Shown here one piece after another: positions 30,516 through 38,516 of a stretch of DNA of 40,891 bases (position 1 is its first letter; every line of letters begins with the position of its first letter). The translations under genes and the position numbers were made by a program. Source of the stretch: Actinomycetota bacterium (GTDB lineage: Bacteria; Actinomycetota; Acidimicrobiia; Acidimicrobiales; JAHWKP01). The DNA lies in NCBI GenBank assembly GCA_019347775.1, contig JAHWKP010000001.1:1-40891 (forward strand), given 5' to 3'. The notes under the pieces were generated by a model. It ran no database searches. It saw nothing but the letters and a program-made list of their open reading frames with translations, and had not been told where the DNA came from.

Positions 30516-31700
30516 CTAGGAGCCACTACTCGGCACGGTTTCCAGCGGCACCCGCTCAACCTCGCTGCGCAACCACAGCACGTGCATGAGAATCACGGTC
30601 AGCAACAGACCGGCCGCCATGAACTTGAGCATGTCGGCCTGGTTGGAGCTGGCGTCGTCGAAGCCGCCCTCAGGTACGGCGAACTCCTCGCCATCAACCG
30701 GCTCGGTGATGGTGCGGGGCTCGAAGGGAAGGTCCTCGCTGAACCCGCCGTCGGGCCGCGGGATGGGCTGGGCCTCGGGCGCCCTGGTCTGGTCGAGCAG
30801 CGAGCCGAAGCCCGAGAGGTCGACCCGACCGCTACGGGAGATCGCCGGCGAGCGCGGCGAGCTCGATCCCGACCCACCGCTGGTGCCGCCGCTACCGCCC
30901 GATCCGCTGCTGCCCTCCCTAATGCTGGCATCGCCGTCACCCGAGGGACCTGTGTCGGGCCCGCCAGGCGAATCGTTGGCGCTGTCGTCTCCACCGCCCG
31001 GCGGGTCGGGGACGGTGGTTGTCGCTGACTCCGACGGCTGCGAGGCGACCCCGGCGTCGGCGGTGGCACCGCGGCGGATCGCGATCACCCGGTAGCTGTA
31101 CTTGCCACCCTTGTTGGCCGTGCGGGTGTCGCGGTAGAACCCTTCGTCGGACTCGCCGGCAACCGACCACTCCGATCCGTCCACCGAACGCTGGATCTGA
31201 TAACCGATCATGTCCGGCTCTTTGTTCAGCCGCCAGGTGACGTCGACTTCACGGCTGTCGGGATCCGTGCGCACTTTGACGTCCCTCGGTATCGCCGGAG
31301 GGGCCTCGACGGCGAAGTTGCGGCTGGTTTCACTCGACTCGCTTCCATTGGTGTCGACCGGCTCGTCCTCTCCTGACGCCCTGACGGTCACGGTGTACTG
31401 GCCGTTGTAGGGAAGCGATGGAGTCCACGAGAAGCTCACTGAGGAACGGCCATCGCCGGCGATGCGGTGGGCACTCGGGACTGGACGCCCGTCGGCTGAC
31501 GAGACCGACGCGACCACCTCGAGTATTCGCCCGTCAGACATCTGGGCGTCGCCCGTCACCGTGGGAGTCGACTTGGTTACGACCTCCTGGTTGCCCGGCG
31601 TGTTGATCCGCACCGTCGGCGCTACTGCCGACACCGGATGCACCCAGAGACTCAGGGCGACGAGGGCGGCCGCCCCCGCTGCAGCGATCCGCCTTCTCAT
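30516..31700 (-). CDS. Secreted, C-terminally membrane-anchored protein with two Ig/FN3-like domains and a Gly/Ser/Asp-rich linker
   Basis: The ATG at 31700 forms an ATGA overlap with the sortase stop. It has a signal peptide (MRRRIAAAGAAALVALSLWVHPVSA), beta-rich repeats ending GQYTVTVRA and GKYSYRVIAIR (FN3-like), a low-complexity linker, and a C-terminal TM helix (FMAAGLLLTVILMHVLWL). There is no LPXTG motif. Confidence 0.7.
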   Translation of the reverse strand: MRRRIAAAGAAALVALSLWVHPVSAVAPTVRINTPGNQEVVTKSTPTVTGDAQMSDGRILEVVASVSSADGRPVPSAHRIAGDGRSSVSFSWTPSLPYNGQYTVTVRASGEDEPVDTNGSESSETSRNFAVEAPPAIPRDVKVRTDPDSREVDVTWRLNKEPDMIGYQIQRSVDGSEWSVAGESDEGFYRDTRTANKGGKYSYRVIAIRRGATADAGVASQPSESATTTVPDPPGGGDDSANDSPGGPDTGPSGDGDASIREGSSGSGGSGGTSGGSGSSSPRSPAISRSGRVDLSGFGSLLDQTRAPEAQPIPRPDGGFSEDLPFEPRTITEPVDGEEFAVPEGGFDDASSNQADMLKFMAAGLLLTVILMHVLWLRSEVERVPLETVPSSGS

Positions 31701-32320
31701 GCTGTGCCCGGTTCTCCCGACACGAAGTTGGCCTTGACGATGAGCCGCTGCCGGGCTGAATGCTTCGGATGGCAGGTAGTCAACGTGAGCTCTCTCGTGG
31801 TCGGGGTGTTGGCCACGACATCCAGATTGGTGGGTGCCACGATGAAGGGCTGCTTGGACACCTCGTACGTGCAGCTGCCGATCGGTGTCTCCAAAATGAT
31901 GGTGTCGCCGGGCTTCAGCCGATCGAGATTGGCGAAGGGTTTCCCGTAGGTCGTGCGGTGCCCCGCAATGCCGACATTGCCGTCCTCGCACGGCAGCGCC
32001 GTGGTCGGGTAATGCCCCGCCCCGGCCCGCAGCGCGCTGGCAGTGGTTCCCTCGACGACGATCGTGTCGACTCCCAGCTTCGGAATTCGGATCCGGGTGA
32101 GGCTCTCGCCGACCTCGACCCGGCGCTGGCGGTACTTCTCCGCCAGCTCGGGGCTGGCGATCTCGTCGGACAGGCGATCCTGGACCCGACCTTGGTAGAA
32201 GTTTGTGTACAGCGGATAGCCGAGCAGGCCTACGGCGCCGGCCAGCAGGGCCACGGACAGCACGGATAGACCGCGGCGAGCCCACTGATGGCTGCGCAGG
32301 TACTGGATCAAGCGGTCCAC
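31697..32320 (-). CDS. Sortase (class E-like, N-terminal membrane anchor)
   Basis: 207 aa. Has a TM anchor, the catalytic His in IAGHRTTYG, the TLTTCHP Cys motif and a downstream Arg. An AAGGAG SD lies 5 nt before the GTG at 32320. Confidence 0.9.
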   Translation of the reverse strand: MDRLIQYLRSHQWARRGLSVLSVALLAGAVGLLGYPLYTNFYQGRVQDRLSDEIASPELAEKYRQRRVEVGESLTRIRIPKLGVDTIVVEGTTASALRAGAGHYPTTALPCEDGNVGIAGHRTTYGKPFANLDRLKPGDTIILETPIGSCTYEVSKQPFIVAPTNLDVVANTPTTRELTLTTCHPKHSARQRLIVKANFVSGEPGTA

Positions 32321-32395
32321 TTCACTCCTTATGCCGGCTATCGGTCTTTCGATCGTACGACCTCAAGACGAAGCTCCGGCGTCGCCATGACGCGA

Positions 32396-32425
32396 AAGAT
32401 CCCGGGGCACTAGCCCCGGGATCTT
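32396..32425 (-). terminator. Strong hairpin downstream of the LPXTG gene (possible partial terminator/attenuator before the sortase gene)
   Basis: AAGATCCCGGGGC / loop ACTA / GCCCCGGGATCTT forms a 13-bp perfect stem, 25 nt after the stop at 32450. The U-tract on the minus strand is only weak (CTTTCG). Confidence 0.45.
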
Positions 32426-32449
32426 CCTTCGTGCTGGTGTGACTAGTTA

Positions 32450-33616
32450 CTAGTGGAGGCTGAGCACCACCCGGCGGGCCACGATGGCCAGCCCGACAGC
32501 GCCAATACCGGCCACCGGAATCCAGGGCATGCCACCGGTGCGGGGCAGCTCTGCAACTTCGACGATCGAGGAGAGGACGGCCGGGCTACCGGCAGCTCCC
32601 GCCTCAGCGTGGGCCAGTTCGAGGACCACGCCGCCGTTGACGCCCTTGAGCAGCTCCAGCTTCACGCCGTCGGCGACTGCCGACACGCTGCCGTCAGGGT
32701 TGTTGGTGACGCTGCCGTCGGCAGCGGTGATCGTCGACTCCAGCGGGGTGCCCGCCAGGATCGTGATCGTCTCGCCGGGAGCCACCTTGACCTCGGTGTT
32801 ACCGGTGAGGGGGGTGGACAGGCGCACGGTCACGATCGCCGGGTCGAAGCTGGCGTTCGCAGTGCCAGCGGCACGGTCGTAAACGGCCGTGGCCTTGGCA
32901 GAGCTGACGATGATGCTGGCGACCGGGTTCTCGAGAAGCCCGCCGACCGGAAGAAGGTCGACCTGGGCAGCCTCGGCCTGACCAACCGCGGTCACGACGC
33001 CGGCGTCAGTGGATACCTCGGACCGGCTGTGGCCGACCACGGCCTCAAGGGTCTTGGTCGTGCCGACTGCGGTGAGCAGGTCACTAACCGTGTCGGTTGC
33101 CGGGTCGAGGGTGTCGGGAAGGGCTCCGAAAACTCCCTCAAGTGCGTCCTGGACAGGGGCGATGACCGAGTTGATCGGCAGGGTGTTGGCCGCGACGTCA
33201 AGCTTGGCCAGCGAGCCCTCGCTGACCGCGTGGGGCATGCCGTTGGCAACCTCAGCAGTCGAAGCCGAGCACACGAGCCCGAGGTCGAGCAGCGGGGCGG
33301 CAACGTCGACCGCAGCTGCGCACTCCTGGGGGGCCTCCTGCTTGGTGTTGTTACCGGAAACATCAGCCTCGGTGGTGCTGCCGAGCACGAGGACCTGGCC
33401 GGCGCCGTCGGCCGAAGCCTTGAGCGTCGAGTCGATCTTCGCGGTCGATACACCGAACGTGGCGGACTGACCGAGTACCGAGAGGTTCAGCGCCCGTCCG
33501 AGGGCGCTACCTGCGTAAACCTCCGGCGTGTCGGCGCCGGCGGGTGCGCTGGCGACGAAAGCACCCGCGAGGGCTACTACGCCGACAACGGCGGTGAGCC
33601 GTCGAACGATTCGCAT
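32450..33616 (-). CDS. LPXTG cell-wall-anchored surface protein, Ala/Val/Thr/Gly-rich
   Basis: An ATG at 33616 is preceded by an AGGAG SD. The signal peptide is MRIVRRLTAVVGVVALAGAFVASAPAGA. The C-terminal sorting signal is LPRTGG, then a hydrophobic stretch, then the ARRVV basic tail. Confidence 0.8.
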   Translation of the reverse strand: MRIVRRLTAVVGVVALAGAFVASAPAGADTPEVYAGSALGRALNLSVLGQSATFGVSTAKIDSTLKASADGAGQVLVLGSTTEADVSGNNTKQEAPQECAAAVDVAAPLLDLGLVCSASTAEVANGMPHAVSEGSLAKLDVAANTLPINSVIAPVQDALEGVFGALPDTLDPATDTVSDLLTAVGTTKTLEAVVGHSRSEVSTDAGVVTAVGQAEAAQVDLLPVGGLLENPVASIIVSSAKATAVYDRAAGTANASFDPAIVTVRLSTPLTGNTEVKVAPGETITILAGTPLESTITAADGSVTNNPDGSVSAVADGVKLELLKGVNGGVVLELAHAEAGAAGSPAVLSSIVEVAELPRTGGMPWIPVAGIGAVGLAIVARRVVLSLH

Positions 33617-33887
33617 CTGTTTATCTCCTGATTGTCTGCTCGGCGGTGCCGAGGCTTCGGATGCAGGGAGTGCCTGCTTGCTCTCCCAGCTAGACGGACC
33701 GTTCGACAAATCATGACGACGGTCCTGCGGGGACTAGACCCCTTCTTGCCGGTTGCTAGGAGAACCTAACGGGATCAGGCGTGAATGGCACGGCTTGAAT
33801 GCCAAATGACCCGGAAGGACTAGTCCGCGCATGGCCCCTTCGGACCATGGCTCCCTTGATCCGGCCACCGAGAGTGAACAGTGCAGG

Positions 33888-34310
33888 TCAGAGGCCCTCT
33901 CGGCGCATGGCGGCGGATGCTCTCAGGGTCAGGTCAGGCACCAGAATGCCGACAATAGGCACCGCCGTGGGCACCCGGTAGGTCAGCCTGGCCGAGACCC
34001 TTCGCGAACCGCGCCGCTGGCCGGTGACGCTGACGCTGAGGCGCCGGCTGTCGAGGCCGGACCTCGAGACCGCTGCTCGCCGAGGAGCACTCCGGTCGTC
34101 TCGCACGGCTGCCTCGCGTACGGCCTCCCGGGCCGCGTGGGTCAGAACCACCTTGTCGCGCACGATGACGGCGGTCTGGAGAAGCGCCAGCAGGAGGAGG
34201 AAGATGACAGGCAGCGCGAGAGCCAACTCCACGGCCGACTGGCCGGACTCGCCCCGCCGACGTGGCGGGGGGCCGAAGCCCCCCGCCCTGCCATGGGTTC
34301 GCGTTCTCAC
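33888..34310 (-). CDS. tadE: TadE-like pseudopilin/pilus assembly protein
   Basis: SGQSAVELALALPVIFLLLLALLQ is the TadE N-terminal motif. The GTG start overlaps the flp TAG stop by 1 nt. Confidence 0.7.
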   Translation of the reverse strand: MRTRTHGRAGGFGPPPRRRGESGQSAVELALALPVIFLLLLALLQTAVIVRDKVVLTHAAREAVREAAVRDDRSAPRRAAVSRSGLDSRRLSVSVTGQRRGSRRVSARLTYRVPTAVPIVGILVPDLTLRASAAMRREGL

Positions 34311-34552
34311 TAGCCCATGTCGCCGAGGATGGATTTGAGAACGTTCTCGAAGATCTTCTGAACGTTCCCGTTCCTCACTGCCCAGGTCCCGAAGAGGATG
34401 GCGAGCCCCGCCGCGGCCATGAGGACGAGTGCGTACTCAGCCGAGGCCTGCCCTCTTTCGTCACGGGACAGGCGCCGGATGAGGCCCCGCGCCGCCATTT
34501 CGCCGGCGCGGGTGGCCGACACGTACAGAAATGTGCACATCGAGTGAATCAT
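34310..34552 (-). CDS. flp: Flp/Fap-family type IVb prepilin
   Basis: The GQASAEYALVLMAAAGLAILF motif (G/xxxxEY) is present. The ATG at 34552 has an AAAGGA SD about 8 nt upstream. An alternative ATG at 34498 gives a 62-aa prepilin with a shorter leader. Confidence 0.75.
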   Translation of the reverse strand: MIHSMCTFLYVSATRAGEMAARGLIRRLSRDERGQASAEYALVLMAAAGLAILFGTWAVRNGNVQKIFENVLKSILGDMG

Positions 34553-34603
34553 CGGAAATTCCTTTCAGCCTGCGTTCGGGCGGGGAAGCGGTGGGGCCGG
34601 TGG

Positions 34604-35464
34604 TCACCAGGACAAGGTGCGCAGTGAAGTGAGCAGCAGCGGCCCGAGAGTCAGGAGCGCGAAGGCCGGCAGGATGCAGGCGACCAGCGGGAAGAGCATC
34701 TTCACGGGCAGGCGCCGAGCGGCCTCCTCTGCCCGTCGCCGCTGGGCGGCCCGCACGTCGGCGGCCAATCGATCGAGGCTCTGCACGAGGGGCACGCCGT
34801 ACCTCTCTCCCGAGGCGAGCAGCGACATCAACGGACGGGTCGGCTCGCCGCAACGCAGGGCCAGATCGTCGAGGGCGTCGGCCAGACGCCGCCCCCGGCT
34901 GGCGTCATGGGCCACCCTCGCCATTTCCTGGGCCAGCGGCCCGGTGCCCCGTCGCCCGACGGCTTCGACGGCCAGGGGCACGTTGAGTCCGGCGGCGAGG
35001 GCCAGGGCGATGAGGTCGACGACCTCCGGCAAGTCGTCGGCGATAGCCGCCATCCGGGTGCGGTGCGCCTTCCGGTAACGGAAATGGGGACAGAACCACC
35101 CAACCGCGGCGCCCCCAACCGCAACCAGTGGACCCAAGGGGAGCAGACATGCCGTGGTGAGAACAGCCCAGCCCGCAGCACGATTCGACAGCGCCGTGAG
35201 CTCTGGATCCGCGTGCGTCGCCCTCGCTCGGTGTCGACTGTGCACAACCGCGAGGGTCAGGCGTCCGATTCGATCGATCGCAGCCACCTCAGCGGTCTCG
35301 GGTCGGACCGTTTCGGCTATTGCGGTTGCCTTCAGCCCACCCAGCCGATGCCGATCGCCGCGCAAGGCGAGTGTCAGTCCAAGCTGCAGTGCTCCACAGC
35401 CGAGAGCCAGGATCGCCGCCAGCAGCGTCGGAGGGCTCACGACCCGGCCATCCGACTCATCCAT
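34604..35464 (-). CDS. tadC: Tad pilus inner-membrane platform protein (T2SS-F family), TadC-like
   Basis: Has a T2SSF-type region (LPEVVDLIALALAAGLNVPLAVEAV ... PVKMLFPLVACILPAFALL). I trimmed ORF 34604..35731 to ATG 35464. An alternative GTG at 35440 forms a GTGA overlap with the tadB stop. Confidence 0.72.
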   Translation of the reverse strand: MDESDGRVVSPPTLLAAILALGCGALQLGLTLALRGDRHRLGGLKATAIAETVRPETAEVAAIDRIGRLTLAVVHSRHRARATHADPELTALSNRAAGWAVLTTACLLPLGPLVAVGGAAVGWFCPHFRYRKAHRTRMAAIADDLPEVVDLIALALAAGLNVPLAVEAVGRRGTGPLAQEMARVAHDASRGRRLADALDDLALRCGEPTRPLMSLLASGERYGVPLVQSLDRLAADVRAAQRRRAEEAARRLPVKMLFPLVACILPAFALLTLGPLLLTSLRTLSW

Positions 35465-36297
35465 TTCATTCCGATCACATCGAGCGCGAGACCGCCGGCG
35501 AGCATCGCCCAGCCAACGGGGGTCGTGAACAGCATCCGTGCGACGTCGGGATCGGTGGCCGCCGCCACGGCACAGAAGGCCACCGGCGCGAGCGCAATGA
35601 CCTGCGCCGAAACTCTCGCCTGCGAGGTGAGCGCCCGCGCTTCGTTGACGACGGCGAGGCGCTGGCGGACCGTAGAGGCCACCCCTTCTACCGTCCGGGC
35701 GTTGGCGCCACCCATTTCGGCCCCGAGACACAGAGCCGCAGCCGCAAGACGGATGGCGCCGGTCGGTTGACGATCAGCCCAGGCGTCGAGTGCCGCGGTC
35801 ACTCCAGCCCCTCGCTCAGCCTCGGACACCACCCTCCGGAGTTCGGCCTGCAGCGGGCCTCGCTCGGCGGCAGCCTCGTCCAGCGCCTGCAACAACGACG
35901 CGCCGGATCGCAGGGCGCGTGCGATCGAATCGAGCACGGCCGGCACGGCCTGTTCACGGCGAAGCGCAGCCCGACGGACGAAGTGACCAGATCCGATGAT
36001 CGGCGCCCCGGCCCACGCCGCGCCCGCCATGGCGGCGAGGCCCGCTCCTCCGATCCACCAGCCGACGACACCCACCGGAGCGAAACCCCCGAGCCAGATT
36101 CGCCACAGGCGGACGACGGAGATATCGAGCGCGGCACCGGCAACACGACGAGCGAACCATGCGGGCACGCTCCAGTCGCGTGGCGCAGCCGCAGGGCTGC
36201 GCAGGGTCTCGTGTCGGCGATTACGCGAGTCCAACGCTCGGAAGAAAGCGAGCGCCGAAGCCAAAACCAAGCTGGCCGACAGGCCGGCCGCCATCAT
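35437..36297 (-). CDS. tadB: Tad pilus inner-membrane platform protein (T2SS-F family), TadB-like
   Basis: 286 aa with the T2SSF layout (ALRSGASLLQALDEAA ... SAQVIALAPVAF). Its start forms an ATGA overlap with the tadA stop. Confidence 0.72.
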   Translation of the reverse strand: MMAAGLSASLVLASALAFFRALDSRNRRHETLRSPAAAPRDWSVPAWFARRVAGAALDISVVRLWRIWLGGFAPVGVVGWWIGGAGLAAMAGAAWAGAPIIGSGHFVRRAALRREQAVPAVLDSIARALRSGASLLQALDEAAAERGPLQAELRRVVSEAERGAGVTAALDAWADRQPTGAIRLAAAALCLGAEMGGANARTVEGVASTVRQRLAVVNEARALTSQARVSAQVIALAPVAFCAVAAATDPDVARMLFTTPVGWAMLAGGLALDVIGMKWMSRMAGS

Positions 36298-37604
36298 GAG
36301 GCGAGCTTTTCGAAACTGGGTGGAGCACCCGCGTAAGGCGAGCGAACCGGCCTGAGCGGGGAGCGCCAGGCGCCATCTGGACCGGCCAGAGCCCTCGTGG
36401 ACGAGCCGAGCTCGGCCGCGCCCGGCATGGGCACTTCGGCCACCTCGCAGATCATCCGCTCTCCGTCCGGGCCTCGGCGGAGCTGGACCACCAGATCCAC
36501 GGCCGCTCGGACCTGTTCGCGCACGGCCGTCAGAGGAAGGTCGACATCAGCCATCAGCACGAGGGTCTCGAGTCGTCGTAGGGCGTCGGTGGGTCCATTG
36601 GCGTGGATGGTCGACAGCGAACCGTCGTGGCCGGTGTTCATGGCTTGCAACATGTCGAGTGCTTCGGCGCCCCGCACCTCGCCGACGACAATGCGGTCGG
36701 GGCGCATCCTCAGCGCATTGCGGACCAACTCGCGGGTCTTGATCTCGCCGGAGCCCTCGGCGTTGGCGGGTCGGGATTCCAGCCTGACCACATGAGGTTG
36801 AGCGAGGCGCAGTTCGGCGGCGTCCTCGACGGTGACGATGCGCTCGTCGTGACCGATGCGACCGGCAAGGGCGTTCAGGAGGGTGGTCTTGCCGGAACCC
36901 GTGCCTCCGGCCACCACAACATTCATCCGGGCCTCGACCGCCCACCCGAGTAGCGACTCCACACCGGCAGGGCAAAAGCGGTGCAAGGGAACCGGTCGGG
37001 CGGCAAAGCGGCGGATCGTCAGATAAGGCCCGTCCACTGCGAGCGGGGGCATCACGACATGGACGCGGGAGCCGTCGGGCAGCCGAGCGTCGACCAGAGG
37101 TGCCGACCGGTCGGCTCGCAACCCGAGCGGTGCGACCACCCGCTCGACGAGGTGACGGATCGTCGGCGCGTCGAGGTCGAGCTCGAGGGGACGAAGTCGC
37201 CCTCCCTGCTCGATCCACACAGGGCCGGGACCGTTGACGAGAACGTCGGTGACATCGGGCATCGAGAGCACCGGCTCGAGCGGGCCCAGCCCGTGGACGT
37301 CGGCCAGCACCTCGTCGGCCAGGACTGTGGCCCGCGCGTTGGGCAGGAGTGGGAACTCGTCGCGGATCAGCTCGGCGACACGCTCAGCGGTCACGGTGTC
37401 GGAAGGTCCAACCTCCTGCAGCAGGCGGGAGTGGACCCGCGTACGCGCCGTCTGCTCGTCGGTAATCACGGCCGCGAGGCGTTCATGCCGCCACCCGAAG
37501 AGCTCGCTCGATGCAACGCGGAACGCGGGTAGAGAGCAGGCCCGCGTCCACGACTCGCGCAACTGCGGCGTCATAGGGAATTTCCGCTCGGACGGGCACG
37601 CCAA
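36294..37604 (-). CDS. tadA: Tad/CpaF-family secretion ATPase
   Basis: Has Walker A (GGTGSGKTTLLNAL), Asp box/Walker B (ERIVTVEDAAEL), a His box (GHDGSLSTIHAN) and the N-terminal VTDVLVNGP. The start is uncertain: 37604, 37574 or GTG 37469. The last avoids the overlap with the upstream gene. Confidence 0.9.
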   Translation of the reverse strand: MACPSERKFPMTPQLRESWTRACSLPAFRVASSELFGWRHERLAAVITDEQTARTRVHSRLLQEVGPSDTVTAERVAELIRDEFPLLPNARATVLADEVLADVHGLGPLEPVLSMPDVTDVLVNGPGPVWIEQGGRLRPLELDLDAPTIRHLVERVVAPLGLRADRSAPLVDARLPDGSRVHVVMPPLAVDGPYLTIRRFAARPVPLHRFCPAGVESLLGWAVEARMNVVVAGGTGSGKTTLLNALAGRIGHDERIVTVEDAAELRLAQPHVVRLESRPANAEGSGEIKTRELVRNALRMRPDRIVVGEVRGAEALDMLQAMNTGHDGSLSTIHANGPTDALRRLETLVLMADVDLPLTAVREQVRAAVDLVVQLRRGPDGERMICEVAEVPMPGAAELGSSTRALAGPDGAWRSPLRPVRSPYAGAPPSFEKLAS

Positions 37605-38298
37605 GTACGTCGCTCACTTCCGAGGCACCCAGTGACCGGCCTGGCTCGGAAACGAGCACCACACCCGAAGGCCGTAGCGAGGTCTGCGACGCCCGCCGCA
37701 GCGCGAGGTAGCACGGTCGCAGGACCAGGAGCGACAAGCTGGCGGCAGCCGCGATCGCAGAGCCACAGGGATTGCCGGGAGGTCCGCAGTCGACGACCAC
37801 TGAAGCGCCCGGGTATTGCGTGGCGAGGCCCAGCGCGACGCGTTCGCCGTCCGCCGACTCGAGGCCGAAGGCCGTGGACGGTCGTAACCCTTCCCGTTGG
37901 TCGATGTCTCCGAATCCGCCGGCGTGTATCAGCCTCAGTTGTGGCGTGACCGTGGTCTCCAGACGACCGAGGGCGTCGGCGGGCACGTCGGGGCCCGCCG
38001 CCGCGAAGTCGATCAACCCCGGGCCTTGCGGCTCTGGAATCCCGCATGCAGCGGGGACATCTCCACCGAGGTCGGCGAGCACGGCGCCCGCCTCCGACGA
38101 TCTGGCGAGAAGAAGAGCGAGGGCGCTGGCAACGACCGTGGTTCCGCTGCCGCCTTTGACCGACCAGCATGCGATGAGCAAGTGCCGCCTCCATGGGTCC
38201 GCGAGCCGGAGCTCGAGCGGATGTGCCTGCGGGGAAGCGGCTAGGCGGACCGTACCTGCGCTGGCCTGACGGGACAAGAGGGGTGAGCCAGAAATCAC
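37483..38298 (-). CDS. ParA/MinD-like ATPase, TadZ/CpaE-like (Ssd-like) pilus localisation protein
   Basis: Has a deviant Walker A (WSVKGGSGTTVVASALA). Its position as first gene of the Tad operon matches the actinobacterial CpaE-like neighbourhood protein. There is no receiver-like N-domain. Confidence 0.72.
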   Translation of the reverse strand: MISGSPLLSRQASAGTVRLAASPQAHPLELRLADPWRRHLLIACWSVKGGSGTTVVASALALLLARSSEAGAVLADLGGDVPAACGIPEPQGPGLIDFAAAGPDVPADALGRLETTVTPQLRLIHAGGFGDIDQREGLRPSTAFGLESADGERVALGLATQYPGASVVVDCGPPGNPCGSAIAAAASLSLLVLRPCYLALRRASQTSLRPSGVVLVSEPGRSLGASEVSDVLGVPVRAEIPYDAAVARVVDAGLLSTRVPRCIERALRVAA

Positions 38299-38319
38299 CC
38301 CCCGGGGCGGGTTTCCCGG

Positions 38320-38505
38320 GTGAGTGCCTTAGGGCATGAACTAGGCGTGCTCGCTTTGATGCTCACCCTCCCGGCCACGCTCCTGGGACTCGTGGTGTTG
38401 CTAGCTGTCACCTCTCAGCTGGAGCGCCAGCTTGGCCGGTCCGTGCGGGCCGCACCGCTGCGCACGACGCCTCGCGTCCGCGTCTCGGCGTCTCACCAGC
38501 ACTAG
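38320..38505 (+). CDS. Possible 61-aa membrane peptide upstream of the HAD gene
   Basis: Tracked ORF with a GTG start. It has one clear TM helix (LGVLALMLTLPATLLGLVVLLAVT) and a basic tail. Its stop is 11 nt before the HAD ATG, with a GGGGGG run between them. There is no homology evidence. Confidence 0.25.
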   Translation: MSALGHELGVLALMLTLPATLLGLVVLLAVTSQLERQLGRSVRAAPLRTTPRVRVSASHQH

Positions 38506-38516
38506 ACCGGGGGGCG

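Noticed and set aside
33786-33804. A sigma-54-like TGGCAC element (TGGCACGGCTTGAATGCCA).
   Set aside because: The downstream half is GAATGC rather than TTGC(A/T) at the required spacing. It lies on the strand opposite to the genes. Actinobacteria generally lack RpoN. It is more simply a 5-bp inverted repeat, TGGCA/TGCCA.
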